This document shows positions 45,286 to 57,382 of a stretch of DNA of 64,000 nt, piece by piece. The stretch's first letter is position 1. Every line of letters begins with the position of its first letter. The notes beneath the pieces are model-generated. The model searched no databases. It was given only the letters and a program-made list of their open reading frames with translations, and had not been told where the DNA came from. The DNA comes from Escherichia coli (GTDB taxonomy: Bacteria; Pseudomonadota; Gammaproteobacteria; Enterobacterales; Enterobacteriaceae): assembly GCF_003790525.1 (NCBI RefSeq), contig NZ_CP033635.1. The stretch is one strand, 5' to 3'. The translations under genes and the position numbers were made by a program.

Positions 45286-46524
45286 TTAATCAGGCTTTGG
45301 ACAACGTTGTTCCTTCCAGCTGGCTACCGCCGCAATCCGCCGTCGGGTCAGCTCCTCGCGAATCTCCACACCTTTAAATCCCGCTTCAACGACGGCTTTT
45401 GTCGGCACTGACTGTGCCACTTCCCAGGCTTCGCGCAACCAGCGGCCTTGCGGGTAGTCGGCTGATTCAAAACCGGTTCTGCCGCGCACATCAGCCTCGC
45501 TGGTCAGCGCCAGTTGCTCGACACGCTGCGGTTTACGCCAGGCGTCGATGGAATCAAATAGTTTGACGATGGTTTTTGGGTTCAGCATTGGGAAGGTGTG
45601 GATGAGATCGTGAAACTCAGCCACCAGTCTGGCTAAATCGCGAATTTCATTTGGCACGCGCAGACGCTGGCATAGTTGTTCCACTAACTTCACACCCGCC
45701 GGGCCATGACCATGATGACGCGGCCAAAGTTCTGGTGGCGTCAGTCCTTTACCGAGATCGTGGCATAACGTTGCGAAACGGACATCGACCTGCGGACTCA
45801 GCATCGCCGCCATTGAGAGCGTCATTAAGGTATGAATACCCGTGTCGATTTCCGGATGCCACCTGGCAGGGGCCGGAACGCCAAACAGGGCGTCAATTTC
45901 CGGGAATAAAACGCGCAGTGCGCCGCAATCGCGCAGTACCTGGAAGAACACCTGGGGATTGCGGGTAGTGAGGGCGCTTTCCGTCTCTTTCCATACCCGT
46001 TCAGGCGTCAGGTGTTCCAGTTCACCCGCGTGGGTCATCTCGCGCATCAGCGCCAGAGTTTCATCGGCAATACGAAAACCGAGGTGGGCATAACGCGCAG
46101 CAAAACGCGCTACGCGCAACACGCGTAACGGATCTTCGCCAAAAGCGGGGGAAACATGGCGCAACAGACGATTTTGCAGATCGCCCAGACCGTTGTACGG
46201 GTCGATAATCTCGCCGTTATCGTCCTGGGCCAGCGCATTAATGGTCAGATCGCGACGCTTAAGATCATCTTCCAGCGTGACATCCGGTGCGGCATAGCAG
46301 GTAAAACCGGTGTAACCGGAACCGGATTTCCGTTCGGTACGTGCCAGTGCATACTCTTCATGCGTTTGCGGATGCAGAAACACAGGAAAATCGCGGCCTA
46401 CCTGCTGGTAGCCCGCGTCGAGCATCTCCTGTGGCGTACTGCCGACCACCACCCAATCTCTGTCTTTGACCGGTAGCCCTAACAATGCATCCCGAACAGC
46501 ACCACCGACCAGATAAATCTTCAC
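45286..46524 (-). CDS. cca: CCA tRNA nucleotidyltransferase with HD phosphohydrolase domain
   Basis: 412 aa [28 protein letters not shown]... Confidence 0.9.
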   Translation of the reverse strand: MKIYLVGGAVRDALLGLPVKDRDWVVVGSTPQEMLDAGYQQVGRDFPVFLHPQTHEEYALARTERKSGSGYTGFTCYAAPDVTLEDDLKRRDLTINALAQDDNGEIIDPYNGLGDLQNRLLRHVSPAFGEDPLRVLRVARFAARYAHLGFRIADETLALMREMTHAGELEHLTPERVWKETESALTTRNPQVFFQVLRDCGALRVLFPEIDALFGVPAPARWHPEIDTGIHTLMTLSMAAMLSPQVDVRFATLCHDLGKGLTPPELWPRHHGHGPAGVKLVEQLCQRLRVPNEIRDLARLVAEFHDLIHTFPMLNPKTIVKLFDSIDAWRKPQRVEQLALTSEADVRGRTGFESADYPQGRWLREAWEVAQSVPTKAVVEAGFKGVEIREELTRRRIAAVASWKEQRCPKPD

Positions 46525-46587
46525 GCCATCATCCCTTCGTCAAATACACAATTCCTAATAATAAGACAGTGCAACGAAGAAGGCGAT

Positions 46588-47208
46588 TTAGTTCATCCAG
46601 CGATCTTTGCGTTTGCGGCTTGGGATCAGGTGCGGCAGTACCAGACCGAGCAGCAAGCCAAGCCCCAGCACGCCGCCGCCATACATAAACCATTGCATGA
46701 TGATGGTGCGCTGTTTGTCATCCAGCTGTACGCTGGCGGCATCGACCTTTTTCTGCGCGACAATCAGCTCGTTTTTCAGTTTCTGATTTTCTTCTTTTAA
46801 CCCGTTGATCACGCTGTCGCTCTGCGCCACTTTTTGCTGCATTTCTGCGGTGCGCTGATTCCAGGTGTTATCGATATTGGTGAGTTTATCGGTCAGGGTT
46901 TTGACCTGATTTTCCAGATCTGGCACACGGGAGCGCAGGCTTGGCTCAGTGCTAAGTTGTTTCAACGGGATCCAGGCGGTACGGCCAGAGCTGTCTTTCA
47001 CCTGGGCATAATTGGTGTTGGCGTCAGTTTGTAATAAGGTCACTTCCTCGCCGGCGTTAACCGTGCCTACGAGGCGATAATGATCTCCCGGACCGCTACG
47101 GACCCAGGTATTCAGTTCGTCAGAAACATAGCGCGTTTCTTCAGCGTGTGAGACGGCAGTCGCGCTAAGTGCGAGTAAAGTTAATCCGATCAGGCGTAAT
47201 TTTGGCAT
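46588..47208 (-). CDS. ygiM: SH3-domain membrane-anchored protein YgiM
   Basis: 206 aa with signal peptide, SH3-like region, C-terminal TM; position between cca and ygiF. Confidence 0.8.
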   Translation of the reverse strand: MPKLRLIGLTLLALSATAVSHAEETRYVSDELNTWVRSGPGDHYRLVGTVNAGEEVTLLQTDANTNYAQVKDSSGRTAWIPLKQLSTEPSLRSRVPDLENQVKTLTDKLTNIDNTWNQRTAEMQQKVAQSDSVINGLKEENQKLKNELIVAQKKVDAASVQLDDKQRTIIMQWFMYGGGVLGLGLLLGLVLPHLIPSRKRKDRWMN

Positions 47209-47449
47209 CAGGCTGTCGTTATTGTCATGGAAAGTGGAACGATAGTAGTGGCATCAGTGTCGCTACGCAAAGCATTCGACATCAATCGGAATCCTCTGTG
47301 TCAGGTCTTGCCACTGCTTCAAACTTTTACGCCCGTCAAATTGCCCGTTGCATGGCAATTTGGCGCAAAATACTATCTACTGACAAAAAAGATCGCATTA
47401 AGTTCGCCGTTCATCGTCACTTATGTGACATAACCGATAAGTAAAGGCT

Positions 47450-48751
47450 ATGGCTCAGGAAATCGAATTAAAGTTTATTGTTAATCACAGTGCCGTTGAG
47501 GCGTTGCGTGACCATCTCAATACGCTGGGCGGCGAGCACCATGACCCCGTGCAGTTGCTGAATATTTACTACGAAACGCCGGATAACTGGCTGCGTGGGC
47601 ACGACATGGGCTTGCGTATTCGTGGCGAAAACGGTCGCTATGAGATGACCATGAAAGTTGCAGGAAGAGTGACAGGCGGCTTACACCAGCGCCCGGAATA
47701 TAACGTGGCGTTGAGCGAACCGATGCTCGACCTGGCGCAGTTACCGACGGAAGTCTGGCCGAACGGCGAATTGCCTACCGATCTCGCTTCCCGCGTGCAG
47801 CCGCTGTTTAGCACCGATTTTTATCGCGAAAAGTGGCTGGTAGAGGTTGATGGTAGCCAAATTGAAATCGCCCTCGACCAAGGGGAAGTGAAAGCGGGTG
47901 AATTTGCTGAACCTATCTGCGAGCTGGAACTGGAACTGCTTAGCGGCGACACGCGCGCGGTGCTGAAACTGGCGAACCAACTGGTATCGCAAACCGGATT
48001 ACGCCAGGGCAGCCTGAGCAAAGCGGCGCGTGGCTATCATCTGGCGCAGGGCAATCCGGCGCGTGAAATCAAACCGACCACCATTTTACATGTTGCGGCA
48101 AAAGCGGATGTCGAGCAGGGGCTGGAAGCGGCGCTCGAGCTGGCGTTAGCGCAATGGCAGTATCATGAAGAGCTGTGGGTACGCGGCAACGATGCGGCGA
48201 AAGAGCAGGTGCTGGCAGCCATTGGCCTGGTCCGTCATACGCTGATGCTGTTCGGTGGCATTGTGCCGCGTAAAGCGAGCACTCACTTACGTGATTTGCT
48301 GACCCAATGCGAAGCGACCATCGCTTCAGTGGTTTCTGCCGTGACGGCGGTCTATTCTACCGAAACGGCAATGGCGAAGCTGGCGTTGACCGAATGGCTG
48401 GTAAGCAAAGCCTGGCAGCCGTTTTTAGATGCCAAAGCGCAGAGTAAAATGAGCGATTCCTTCAAACGCTTTGCCGATATCCATCTTTCCCGCCATGCCG
48501 CTGAACTGAAAAGCGTTTTCTGCCAGCCGTTAGGCGATCGCTACCGTGACCAGTTGCCACGTCTGACGCGTGATATTGACTCAATACTGTTGCTGGCGGG
48601 TTACTATGATCCTGTCGTGGCTCAAGCCTGGCTGGAGAACTGGCAGGGGCTGCGTCACGCTATTGTGACCGGGCAACGCATTGAAATTGAACATTTCCGT
48701 AATGAGGCAAACAATCAGGAACCGTTCTGGTTGCACAGCGGAAAACGTTAA
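47450..48751 (+). CDS. ygiF: inorganic triphosphatase (CYTH-CHAD) YgiF
   Basis: 433 aa, N-terminal EIELKF CYTH motif. Confidence 0.85.
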   Translation: MAQEIELKFIVNHSAVEALRDHLNTLGGEHHDPVQLLNIYYETPDNWLRGHDMGLRIRGENGRYEMTMKVAGRVTGGLHQRPEYNVALSEPMLDLAQLPTEVWPNGELPTDLASRVQPLFSTDFYREKWLVEVDGSQIEIALDQGEVKAGEFAEPICELELELLSGDTRAVLKLANQLVSQTGLRQGSLSKAARGYHLAQGNPAREIKPTTILHVAAKADVEQGLEAALELALAQWQYHEELWVRGNDAAKEQVLAAIGLVRHTLMLFGGIVPRKASTHLRDLLTQCEATIASVVSAVTAVYSTETAMAKLALTEWLVSKAWQPFLDAKAQSKMSDSFKRFADIHLSRHAAELKSVFCQPLGDRYRDQLPRLTRDIDSILLLAGYYDPVVAQAWLENWQGLRHAIVTGQRIEIEHFRNEANNQEPFWLHSGKR

Positions 48752-48773
48752 TCAGGCAAGGATAAAATCGCTT

Positions 48774-51614
48774 ATGAAGCCGCTCTCTTCACCGTTACAG
48801 CAGTACTGGCAGACCGTTGTTGAGCGGCTGCCAGAGCCTTTAGCCGACGAATCACTTAGCGCACAGGCGAAGTCGGTACTTACTTTCAGTGATTTTGTGC
48901 AGGACAGCGTGATTGCGCATCCAGAGTGGCTGACGGAACTGGAAAGCCAACCGCCGCAGGCCGACGAATGGCAGCATTACTCTGCATGGTGGCAGGAGGC
49001 GCTCAGTAATGTGAGTGACGAAGCCGGGTTAATGCGCGAGCTGCGGCTATTCCGGCGGCGCATTATGGTGCGCATCGCCTGGGCGCAAACGTTGGCACTG
49101 GTTACTGAAGAGAGCATATTGCTGCAGCTCAGCCATCTGGCGGAGACGCTGATTGTTGCGGCGCGTGACTGGCTGTATGACGCCTGCTGCCGCGAGTGGG
49201 GAACGCCGTGCAATGCGCAGGGCGAAGCGCAACCGCTGCTGATTTTAGGCATGGGTAAGCTGGGCGGAGGGGAACTGAATTTCTCCTCAGATATCGATCT
49301 GATTTTTGCCTGGCCGGAACATGGTTGTACGCAGGGCGGACGCCGGGAACTGGATAACGCCCAGTTTTTTACCCGCATGGGGCAGCGGCTGATTAAAGTG
49401 CTGGATCAACCAACGCAGGATGGCTTCGTCTATCGCGTGGATATGCGACTGCGTCCGTTTGGCGAAAGTGGCCCGCTGGTGCTGAGCTTTGCGGCACTGG
49501 AAGATTATTACCAGGAGCAGGGGCGCGACTGGGAGCGTTACGCGATGGTCAAGGCGCGGATTATGGGCGATAGCGAAGGCGTCTATGCTAACGAGTTGCG
49601 TGCGATGCTGCGCCCGTTTGTTTTCCGTCGTTACATCGATTTCAGCGTGATTCAGTCGCTGCGCAACATGAAAGGGATGATTGCCCGTGAAGTGCGTCGG
49701 CGCGGTTTGACCGACAACATCAAACTTGGCGCGGGTGGCATTCGTGAAATTGAATTTATCGTCCAGGTATTCCAGCTCATTCGCGGCGGGCGCGAACCGT
49801 CGCTGCAATCGCGCTCTTTACTGCCAACGCTCAGCGCCATTGCCGAGCTGCATCTGCTTTCTGAAAACGATGCTGAACAATTGCGAGTGGCGTATCTGTT
49901 CCTGCGGCGTCTGGAAAACCTGCTGCAAAGCATTAACGACGAACAAACCCAGACGCTTCCTTCTGATGAGCTTAACCGTGCGCGGCTGGCGTGGGCGATG
50001 GACTTTGCTGACTGGCAGCAACTGACTGGGGCGCTGATCGGACATATGACCAATGTGCGCCGGGTGTTTAATGAATTGATTGGCGACGACGAAAGTGAAA
50101 CTCAGGAAGAGTCGCTGTCGGAACAGTGGCGTGAGCTGTGGCAGGACGCGTTGCAGGAAGATGACACTACACCAGTGCTGGCGCATCTTAGCGAGGACGA
50201 TCGCAAACAGGTGCTGACGCTGATTGCCGATTTCCGCAAAGAGCTGGATAAGCGCACAATCGGGCCACGCGGACGTCAGGTGCTCGACCATCTGATGCCA
50301 CATCTGCTAAGAGATGTCTGTACACGTGAAGACGCTGCTGTAACGCTGTCGCGCATTACGGCCTTGCTGGTGGGGATTGTTACCCGCACCACCTATTTAG
50401 AATTGCTCAGTGAATTTCCTGCGGCGCTTAAGCATTTGATTTCTCTGTGTGCCGCATCGCCGATGATTGCCAGCCAGCTGGCGCGCTATCCGTTATTGCT
50501 GGATGAACTGCTCGATCCAAACACTCTCTACCAGCCGACGGCGACCGATGCCTACCGTGATGAACTGCGCCAGTATTTGCTGCGCGTGCCGGAAGATGAC
50601 GAAGAACAACAGCTTGAGGCGCTGCGTCAGTTCAAACAGGCGCAACTGTTACGCATTGCGGCAGCGGATATCGCCGGTACGCTACCGGTAATGAAAGTGA
50701 GCGATCACTTAACCTGGCTGGCGGAAGCTATGATAGATGCCGTCGTTCAGCAGGCGTGGGTTCAAATGGTTGCCCGCTACGGTAAACCGAATCACCTGAA
50801 CGAGCGCGAAGGGCGTGGTTTTGCGGTGGTCGGCTACGGCAAGCTGGGCGGCTGGGAGTTAGGCTACAGTTCCGATCTTGACCTGATCTTCCTCCATGAT
50901 TGCCCAATGGATGCGATGACTGACGGCGAGCGGGAAATCGACGGGCGACAGTTTTATCTGCGTCTGGCGCAACGCATTATGCATCTGTTCAGTACGCGAA
51001 CCTCTTCCGGCATTTTGTATGAAGTGGATGCTCGACTGCGTCCATCCGGGGCGGCGGGAATGCTGGTGACATCCGCAGAAGCATTTGCTGATTATCAGAA
51101 AAACGAGGCCTGGACGTGGGAACATCAGGCGCTGGTGCGTGCGCGTGTAGTGTACGGCGATCCGCAGCTCACCGCGCACTTTGACGCGGTGCGTCGCGAG
51201 ATTATGACGCTGCCGCGAGAAGGTAAAACTCTGCAAACGGAAGTGCGGGAAATGCGCGAGAAAATGCGCGCTCATCTCGGTAATAAACATCGCGATCGCT
51301 TTGATATCAAAGCCGATGAAGGCGGAATTACCGATATCGAATTTATTACCCAATATCTGGTGTTGCGCTACGCTCATGAAAAACCGAAGTTAACGCGCTG
51401 GTCAGACAACGTACGTATTCTGGAACTGCTGGCGCAAAACGACATTATGGAAGAGCAGGAAGCGATGGCGCTGACCCGTGCTTACACTACGCTGCGCGAT
51501 GAACTTCATCATCTGGCATTACAGGAATTGCCGGGCCATGTGCCGGAGGATTGCTTCACCGCAGAGCGTGAACAGGTGCGGGTAAGCTGGCAGAAGTGGC
51601 TGGTGGAAGAATGA
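48774..51614 (+). CDS. glnE: bifunctional glutamine synthetase adenylyltransferase/adenylyl-removing enzyme
   Basis: 946 aa from ATG 48774 ([13 protein letters not shown]...); upstream ORF-track start overlaps ygiF and is rejected. Confidence 0.9.
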   Translation: MKPLSSPLQQYWQTVVERLPEPLADESLSAQAKSVLTFSDFVQDSVIAHPEWLTELESQPPQADEWQHYSAWWQEALSNVSDEAGLMRELRLFRRRIMVRIAWAQTLALVTEESILLQLSHLAETLIVAARDWLYDACCREWGTPCNAQGEAQPLLILGMGKLGGGELNFSSDIDLIFAWPEHGCTQGGRRELDNAQFFTRMGQRLIKVLDQPTQDGFVYRVDMRLRPFGESGPLVLSFAALEDYYQEQGRDWERYAMVKARIMGDSEGVYANELRAMLRPFVFRRYIDFSVIQSLRNMKGMIAREVRRRGLTDNIKLGAGGIREIEFIVQVFQLIRGGREPSLQSRSLLPTLSAIAELHLLSENDAEQLRVAYLFLRRLENLLQSINDEQTQTLPSDELNRARLAWAMDFADWQQLTGALIGHMTNVRRVFNELIGDDESETQEESLSEQWRELWQDALQEDDTTPVLAHLSEDDRKQVLTLIADFRKELDKRTIGPRGRQVLDHLMPHLLRDVCTREDAAVTLSRITALLVGIVTRTTYLELLSEFPAALKHLISLCAASPMIASQLARYPLLLDELLDPNTLYQPTATDAYRDELRQYLLRVPEDDEEQQLEALRQFKQAQLLRIAAADIAGTLPVMKVSDHLTWLAEAMIDAVVQQAWVQMVARYGKPNHLNEREGRGFAVVGYGKLGGWELGYSSDLDLIFLHDCPMDAMTDGEREIDGRQFYLRLAQRIMHLFSTRTSSGILYEVDARLRPSGAAGMLVTSAEAFADYQKNEAWTWEHQALVRARVVYGDPQLTAHFDAVRREIMTLPREGKTLQTEVREMREKMRAHLGNKHRDRFDIKADEGGITDIEFITQYLVLRYAHEKPKLTRWSDNVRILELLAQNDIMEEQEAMALTRAYTTLRDELHHLALQELPGHVPEDCFTAEREQVRVSWQKWLVEE

Positions 51615-51661
51615 AGTATGGTATTATCGCGCGCAAATTTTGAATCTCTCAGGAGACAGGA

Positions 51662-53095
51662 ATGAAAGTAACGCTGCCAGAGTTTGAACGTGCAGGAGTG
51701 ATGGTGGTTGGTGATGTGATGCTGGATCGTTACTGGTACGGTCCCACCAGCCGTATCTCGCCGGAAGCGCCGGTGCCCGTGGTTAAAGTGAATACCATCG
51801 AAGAACGTCCGGGCGGCGCGGCTAACGTGGCGATGAATATCGCTTCTCTCGGTGCTAATGCACGCCTGGTCGGGTTGACGGGCATTGACGATGCAGCGCG
51901 CGCGCTGAGTAAATCTCTGGCCGACGTCAACGTCAAATGCGACTTCGTTTCTGTACCGACGCATCCGACTATCACCAAATTACGGGTGCTTTCCCGCAAC
52001 CAACAGCTGATTCGTCTGGATTTTGAAGAAGGTTTCGAAGGTGTTGATCCGCAACCGCTGCACGAACGGATTAATCAGGCGCTGAGTTCGATTGGCGCGC
52101 TGGTGCTTTCTGACTACGCCAAAGGTGCGCTGGCAAGCGTACAGCAGATGATCCAACTGGCGCGTAAAGCGGGTGTTCCGGTGCTGATTGATCCAAAAGG
52201 TACCGATTTTGAGCGCTACCGCGGCGCTACGCTGTTAACGCCGAATCTCTCGGAATTTGAAGCTGTTGTCGGTAAATGTAAGACCGAAGAAGAGATTGTT
52301 GAGCGCGGCATGAAACTAATTGCCGATTACGAACTCTCGGCTCTGTTAGTGACCCGTTCCGAACAGGGTATGTCGCTGCTGCAACCGGGTAAAGCGCCGC
52401 TGCATATGCCAACCCAGGCGCAGGAAGTGTATGACGTTACCGGTGCGGGCGACACGGTGATTGGCGTCCTGGCGGCAACGCTGGCAGCGGGTAATTCGCT
52501 GGAAGAAGCCTGCTTCTTTGCCAATGCGGCGGCTGGTGTGGTGGTCGGCAAACTGGGGACATCCACGGTTTCGCCGATCGAGCTGGAAAACGCAGTACGT
52601 GGACGTGCAGATACCGGCTTTGGCGTGATGACCGAAGAGGAACTGAAGCTTGCTGTAGCGGCAGCGCGTAAACGCGGTGAAAAAGTGGTGATGACCAATG
52701 GCGTCTTTGACATCCTGCACGCCGGACACGTCTCTTATCTGGCAAATGCCCGCAAACTGGGTGACCGTTTGATTGTCGCCGTCAACAGCGATGCCTCCAC
52801 CAAACGGCTGAAAGGGGATTCCCGCCCCGTTAACCCGCTTGAACAGCGTATGATTGTGCTGGGCGCACTGGAAGCGGTCGACTGGGTGGTGTCGTTTGAA
52901 GAAGACACGCCGCAGCGCTTGATCGCCGGGATCCTGCCAGACCTGCTGGTGAAAGGCGGCGATTATAAACCAGAAGAGATTGCCGGGAGTAAAGAAGTCT
53001 GGGCCAATGGTGGCGAAGTGCTGGTGCTCAACTTTGAAGACGGTTGCTCGACCACTAACATTATCAAGAAGATCCAACAGGATAAAAAAGGCTAA
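51662..53095 (+). CDS. hldE: bifunctional D-beta-D-heptose 7-phosphate kinase / heptose 1-phosphate adenylyltransferase
   Basis: 477 aa [27 protein letters not shown]... Confidence 0.9.
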
Positions 53096-53174
53096 CCGGA
53101 AAGCGCTTCACAGTTCTCGCGTTGTGCCGGATAGACCTATTGACGCTGTTGTTTTTTCAACCTAAAGTAAAGGA

Positions 53175-53320
53175 ACAAGGGTAAGGGAGGATTTCTCCCC
53201 CCTCTGATGAGTTGTTAGTAAGTCGGGAAACTTAACAGTAACAACACAACCAGTATGATGACGAACTTCATCATAACCCTTTCCTTCTATAAGGCCCCTT
53301 CCTCGGGAGGGGCTTTCCCG
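53175..53320 (+). ncRNA. sibD: Sib-family antisense RNA (antitoxin), copy 1
   Basis: Sigma70-like promoter TTGACG-17bp-TAAAGT at 53140-53168; fully antisense to ibs ORF; hairpin plus U-rich tract about 53293-53322; ends approximate. Confidence 0.5.
53215..53274 (-). CDS. ibsD: Ibs-family 19-aa hydrophobic type I toxin, copy 1
   Basis: Manual minus-strand translation MMKFVIILVVLLLLSFPTY; below ORF-track cut-off. Confidence 0.75.
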   Translation of the reverse strand: MMKFVIILVVLLLLSFPTY

Positions 53321-53550
53321 TTTCAGCCCCTTGCTGACTCCCCGATTGTTGATGAGCGCCAGACCCCGCGCAATGCTTTCTCTTATGCAGTTTTCTCTTC
53401 CCCGAGTCGGCTCGCAAAACGCTGTAACAACCTGATCATTTGTACTTTTTAGCAGAACGCAGATATAAAAAATCCCCGGCTTTTTGGGCCAGGGATATGT
53501 GTTAATGAAACCTTCTTGACGCTGTTGTTTTTTCAACCTAAAGTAAAGGA

Positions 53551-53696
53551 ACAAGGGTGAGGGAGGATTTCTCCCCCCTCTGATTGGCTGTTAATAAGTG
53601 GCGAAACTTACAAGTAACAACACAATCAGTATGATGACGAGCTTCATCATAACCCTTTCCTTCTGTAAGGCCCCTTCCTCGGGAGGGGCTTTCCCG
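53551..53696 (+). ncRNA. sibE: Sib-family antisense RNA (antitoxin), copy 2
   Basis: Same promoter (TTGACG 53516-53521, TAAAGT 53539-53544) and terminator architecture as copy 1; ends approximate. Confidence 0.5.
53591..53650 (-). CDS. ibsE: Ibs-family 19-aa hydrophobic type I toxin, copy 2
   Basis: Manual minus-strand translation MMKLVIILIVLLLVSFATY. Confidence 0.75.
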   Translation of the reverse strand: MMKLVIILIVLLLVSFATY

Positions 53697-53888
53697 TTTC
53701 AGCCCTTTGCTGACTCCCCGATTGTTGATGAGCGCCGGACCCCGCGCAACGCTTTCCCTGAGGCAGTTTTGCCTTCCCCGAGCGGTCACGCAAAACGTTG
53801 CAACGACCTGATCATTTGCAGTTTTTAGCGGAACGCAGATATAAAAAATCCCCGGCTTTTTGTGCCAGGGATGTTCATAGCTGAAAAT

Positions 53889-55550
53889 TTATTCTACGTT
53901 TTCGGCGACGGGAGTTGTTGAGGTTAAGGGTGAAGTCAATGCAGCCAGTGAGCCGCCTGAAACGCCAATTTCATTGAGCAAGGAGTCAATCAGCGGTGCC
54001 TGTGTGCGGTAAGAAAGGGCGGCAGACAATGCCTGTTCTGCCAGGTTTCCGCCACTAACGCTGCCTGATGCCGCATCCCCCGCAGCACCACCTCGGTTTA
54101 ATCCATCGACCTGAATAATCTTAATGCCGTCAATGGACTTCATCGGCTCAACGGATTTCTCTATTACTGCAGGTAACGACTGTAATAGCGCCAGTTTGAA
54201 TTTAAGGCTGGTTTGCTCGTCAGAAAGTACGTTGATAGCGTCGTTCAGCGCACGTTGCGCTTCTGCTTCCGCCAGGCCTTTTTTGCGTGTTGCTTCGGCT
54301 AACTCAACGATCGCCGCCGCCTGCATCTCTGCGGCTTCTTTCTCTGCTTTCGCCCGCACGGTCAGTTCAACCGCTTTGGTTTCTGCATCCTGCGCGGCAG
54401 CGATTAGGGCAACTTGTTTAGCACGATCGGCTTCTGCGGTCTGGCGAGTGGTTTCTACGTTTTGCTGGGCGCTTACCGCTTCTGCAAGTGCAAGGTTGGC
54501 ACGCGCTTCCGCTTGTGACTGCTGTTCCGATTTGGCGGCAATAGCGATCGATTTCGTCTGGTTGGCGATTTCGGTGACCTGCTGTTGTTCGATCTCTTTA
54601 ATGCGAACTTCACGTTCAGCTTCAACTTTTCTTGAGCGGACGGCCTGTTCGCGGTCGATTTCTGTTTCCTGAATCTGTCGTTCAGCCAGAATTCGCGTCT
54701 GCTCTGCTTCACGACGACGTTCAGCTTCAAAAGCCGCAATTTTCGCATTCTGCTCAGCGGTACGGGTTTTAACCTGCTGCTCCTGCTCAAGCGTCATAAA
54801 CGCTTCTTGTTGTTCAATCTCCAACTTGCGCGAAAGTGCATCACGGTTTTTCTCACGCACCGCAACTTCTACATCCTGTTCAACTTCGTTACGTTCGCGA
54901 CGACGGCGCTCCGTCTCCTGCGTCAGCTTGGTTAAACCTTCGGCGTCAAAGGCGTTGTTAGGATTGAAATGTTCTTTCGACGTCTGGTTAAAGTTGGTAA
55001 GTGAAACGCTTTCCAGTTCCAGGCCGTTTTTCGACAGATCTTCAGCAACGGTATTTTGTACGCCCTGCACGAAGTTCTCGCGGGTATCCTGTAACTCATG
55101 CATGGTCATTTGCGCAGCTGTTGCACGGAGGGCATCGACAAATTTATCTTCAACCAACATACGTAAGTCTTCAGGCGACAGGGTGCGTTGCCCCAGCGTC
55201 TGGGCAGCGGTGGCGATCCCTTCTACTGAAGGTTTTACCCGCACAAAGAAAGCGACAACGACATCGACGCGCATACGATCTTTCGTAATCAGGCTATCAA
55301 TGGTTGAGCGGCTGACTTCCAGCTTCAGAGTATTCATATTGATGGGGATTATTTCATGGAAGATCGGCATCACGATTGCGCCACCGCTCATTACCACTTT
55401 TTGCCCACCTAAACCAGTACGAACAAAAGCTTGCTCTGCCGAAGCGCGACGATAGAGCCTGGCGAAAATAATTCCAATAATAAACAGAATGCATACGGCA
55501 ATAATCGCGGTAAACATCCAGGAGGGCACAGAATTAACAATATCATCCAT
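53889..55550 (-). CDS. yqiK: flotillin/band-7 (SPFH) family inner membrane protein YqiK
   Basis: 553 aa, N-terminal TM, SPFH domain, long coiled-coil. Confidence 0.85.
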   Translation of the reverse strand: MDDIVNSVPSWMFTAIIAVCILFIIGIIFARLYRRASAEQAFVRTGLGGQKVVMSGGAIVMPIFHEIIPINMNTLKLEVSRSTIDSLITKDRMRVDVVVAFFVRVKPSVEGIATAAQTLGQRTLSPEDLRMLVEDKFVDALRATAAQMTMHELQDTRENFVQGVQNTVAEDLSKNGLELESVSLTNFNQTSKEHFNPNNAFDAEGLTKLTQETERRRRERNEVEQDVEVAVREKNRDALSRKLEIEQQEAFMTLEQEQQVKTRTAEQNAKIAAFEAERRREAEQTRILAERQIQETEIDREQAVRSRKVEAEREVRIKEIEQQQVTEIANQTKSIAIAAKSEQQSQAEARANLALAEAVSAQQNVETTRQTAEADRAKQVALIAAAQDAETKAVELTVRAKAEKEAAEMQAAAIVELAEATRKKGLAEAEAQRALNDAINVLSDEQTSLKFKLALLQSLPAVIEKSVEPMKSIDGIKIIQVDGLNRGGAAGDAASGSVSGGNLAEQALSAALSYRTQAPLIDSLLNEIGVSGGSLAALTSPLTSTTPVAENVE

Positions 55551-55576
55551 TATTAAATTTCCTTTTGATTAATAAA

Positions 55577-56206
55577 TTACAATATTTGGGGCCAGGGATT
55601 GTTTTCCGCCAAATATCGAGTTGCAGAAAGTCGGCAAATAATTAACACTTTGTCTCCTTTAGTGAAAATTTTTCCTTCTTCAGGCTCCAGTAGTAAATAA
55701 TGTATTTGGCCAAATTGATCGGTGAGTTTTCCTTCGCAGGGATTACCTGAAGTGGCTTGATGACCGGTAATTAACGCCATGCTACCAATATATTCTTCTT
55801 CTGTAATAGCTGAGCTATGATCGCGTGGAATCCAGGGCGCAACTATTTTACCGGTATAATGCACCGCAATAATCGTAAACAGTAAACTGACAGGAACCAC
55901 AAACAGGTTCGAGAGTGGTGATTGCCAGACCATGATGCAGGTATGCTGCAACAGGATGCCAATAAGACCAAAAAAACCAGCCAGTAAGCAAAGAACGACG
56001 AGAGCTGGCAATCTTCCGATATTGAGATAATGAAGTGCCTGGCTAATATGACCTGTGGTTATGGAATCATAATGGTCAAGATGTGCATCAAGTGCACCGG
56101 AGAGCATGTGACCGCAGATAAGCGCAAAAATTTCTAAAAGGCCGATCAACAGTACAAAGGAAATAGCGAAAAGATAAGGGGTGTTATAGTCGGCGAATAA
56201 AATCAT
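55577..56206 (-). CDS. yqiJ: inner membrane protein YqiJ (NfeD-like partner of YqiK)
   Basis: 209 aa polytopic membrane protein immediately upstream of yqiK on the same strand. Confidence 0.8.
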   Translation of the reverse strand: MILFADYNTPYLFAISFVLLIGLLEIFALICGHMLSGALDAHLDHYDSITTGHISQALHYLNIGRLPALVVLCLLAGFFGLIGILLQHTCIMVWQSPLSNLFVVPVSLLFTIIAVHYTGKIVAPWIPRDHSSAITEEEYIGSMALITGHQATSGNPCEGKLTDQFGQIHYLLLEPEEGKIFTKGDKVLIICRLSATRYLAENNPWPQIL

Positions 56207-56474
56207 ATGTCACTCCAATGTCCATTTAGTGACGCAATATTTACTTTGGGATAGTTTCCTTGCTTACATTTGTCTTTGCTAATAATAACACATGTTGGAG
56301 AAGTTCTGGAAGAGAAAGTCTTTTAATATGGTTTTTTATTTTTCACTAAAAAGTGTGATCGGGGACAATATATTTACGCACGTTATGTTTAAAGGCACTA
56401 CACTGATTGGGGAATACTGAAATCAGAAAAAGCATATGGCCTTAAAAGGTATGCGATAACCGGAGGATGTGCTT

Positions 56475-56675
56475 ATGGATCATAGTCTTAATTCTTTAAA
56501 TAATTTCGATTTCCTGGCGCGTAGTTTTGCCAGAATGCACGCAGAAGGTCGCCCGGTCGATATTCTGGCCGTTACTGGTAACATGGATGAAGAACATAGA
56601 ACCTGGTTTTGCGCACGTTATGCCTGGTATTGCCAACAAATGATGCAAACCAGAGAACTTGAATTAGAACACTGA
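56475..56675 (+). CDS. glgS: surface composition regulator GlgS
   Basis: 66 aa [58 protein letters not shown]... Confidence 0.85.
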
Positions 56676-56709
56676 TATTACGGGCCGTCTGGCCCGTTTT
56701 TGTGTTGCT

Positions 56710-57009
56710 TTATTCTGCTTTATCAATAGGCGGGATAGCCGGAGGAGATTGAAGATCTGCTACCGAATTATTGCGCGCTTCCAGTTCACTGATGCGCTGC
56801 TCCAGTAACGCCAGTTTTTCACGAGTCCGTAACAGGACTTGCGTCTGAACGTCGAATTCTTCGCGGCTTACCAGATCGAGACGTGTCAGCTGCGCTTGTA
56901 GGGTTTGGCGGATTTTTTTCTCCACATCTTCCCCGAACTCCCTGATTCCTTTAGGCATTGATTCGTGAACCTGGCGAGCGATTTGCTCAATTTTTTTCGG
57001 GTCAATCAT
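56710..57009 (-). CDS. ubiK: ubiquinone biosynthesis accessory factor UbiK (YqiC)
   Basis: Start at [35 protein letters not shown]... (internal Met of ORF-track call). Confidence 0.8.
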   Translation of the reverse strand: MIDPKKIEQIARQVHESMPKGIREFGEDVEKKIRQTLQAQLTRLDLVSREEFDVQTQVLLRTREKLALLEQRISELEARNNSVADLQSPPAIPPIDKAE

Positions 57010-57124
57010 TGTAGTTTCCCTGTACTGATAGGTGTTGAGTGCCATTGTAGTGCGATAAGAGTAAGTCATAAACCAGAATTATGTGAAGCTATGCGTTGCT
57101 GCCGCTAATCATTAGCGTTATAGT

Positions 57125-57375
57125 GAATCCGCTTATTCTCAGGGCGGGGCGAAATTCCCCACCGGCGGTAAATCAACTCAGTTGAAAGCCCGCGAGCGCT
57201 TTGGGTGCGAACTCAAAGGACAGCAGATCCGGTGTAATTCCGGGGCCGACGGTTAGAGTCCGGATGGGAGAGAGTAACGATTCTGTCGGGCATGGACCCG
57301 CTCACGTTATTTTGGCTATATGCCGCCACTCCTAAGACTGCCCTGATTCTGGTAACCATAATTTTAGTAAGGTTT
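57125..57375 (+). ncRNA. FMN riboswitch (RFN element) in ribB leader
   Basis: Conserved aptamer core AGGGCGGGGCGAAATTCCCCACCGGCGGTAAATCAACTCAGTTGAAAGCCCGCGAGCGC...CCGGGGCCGACGGTTAGAGTCCGGATGGGAGAG upstream of ribB. Confidence 0.75.
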
Positions 57376-57382
57376 TTTTACC

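Larger units (their letters stand above)
53140..53890 (+). repeat. tandem duplication (two units of about 375 bp), each carrying an ibs/sib type I toxin-antitoxin module
   Basis: 53140-53515 and 53516-53890 are near-identical by direct reading. Confidence 0.7.

Noticed and set aside
48681-48773. Upstream start for glnE overlapping the ygiF 3' end
   Set aside because: Canonical GlnE N-terminus [10 protein letters not shown] begins at 48774
53162-53789. ORF-track calls of 130 and 83 aa (minus) and 65 and 76 aa (plus) across the 375-bp repeats
   Set aside because: Region is better explained by two 19-aa ibs toxin ORFs with antisense Sib RNAs
53140-53890. Possible CRISPR array
   Set aside because: Only two long (375 bp) repeat units with no short repeat-spacer periodicity and no cas genes
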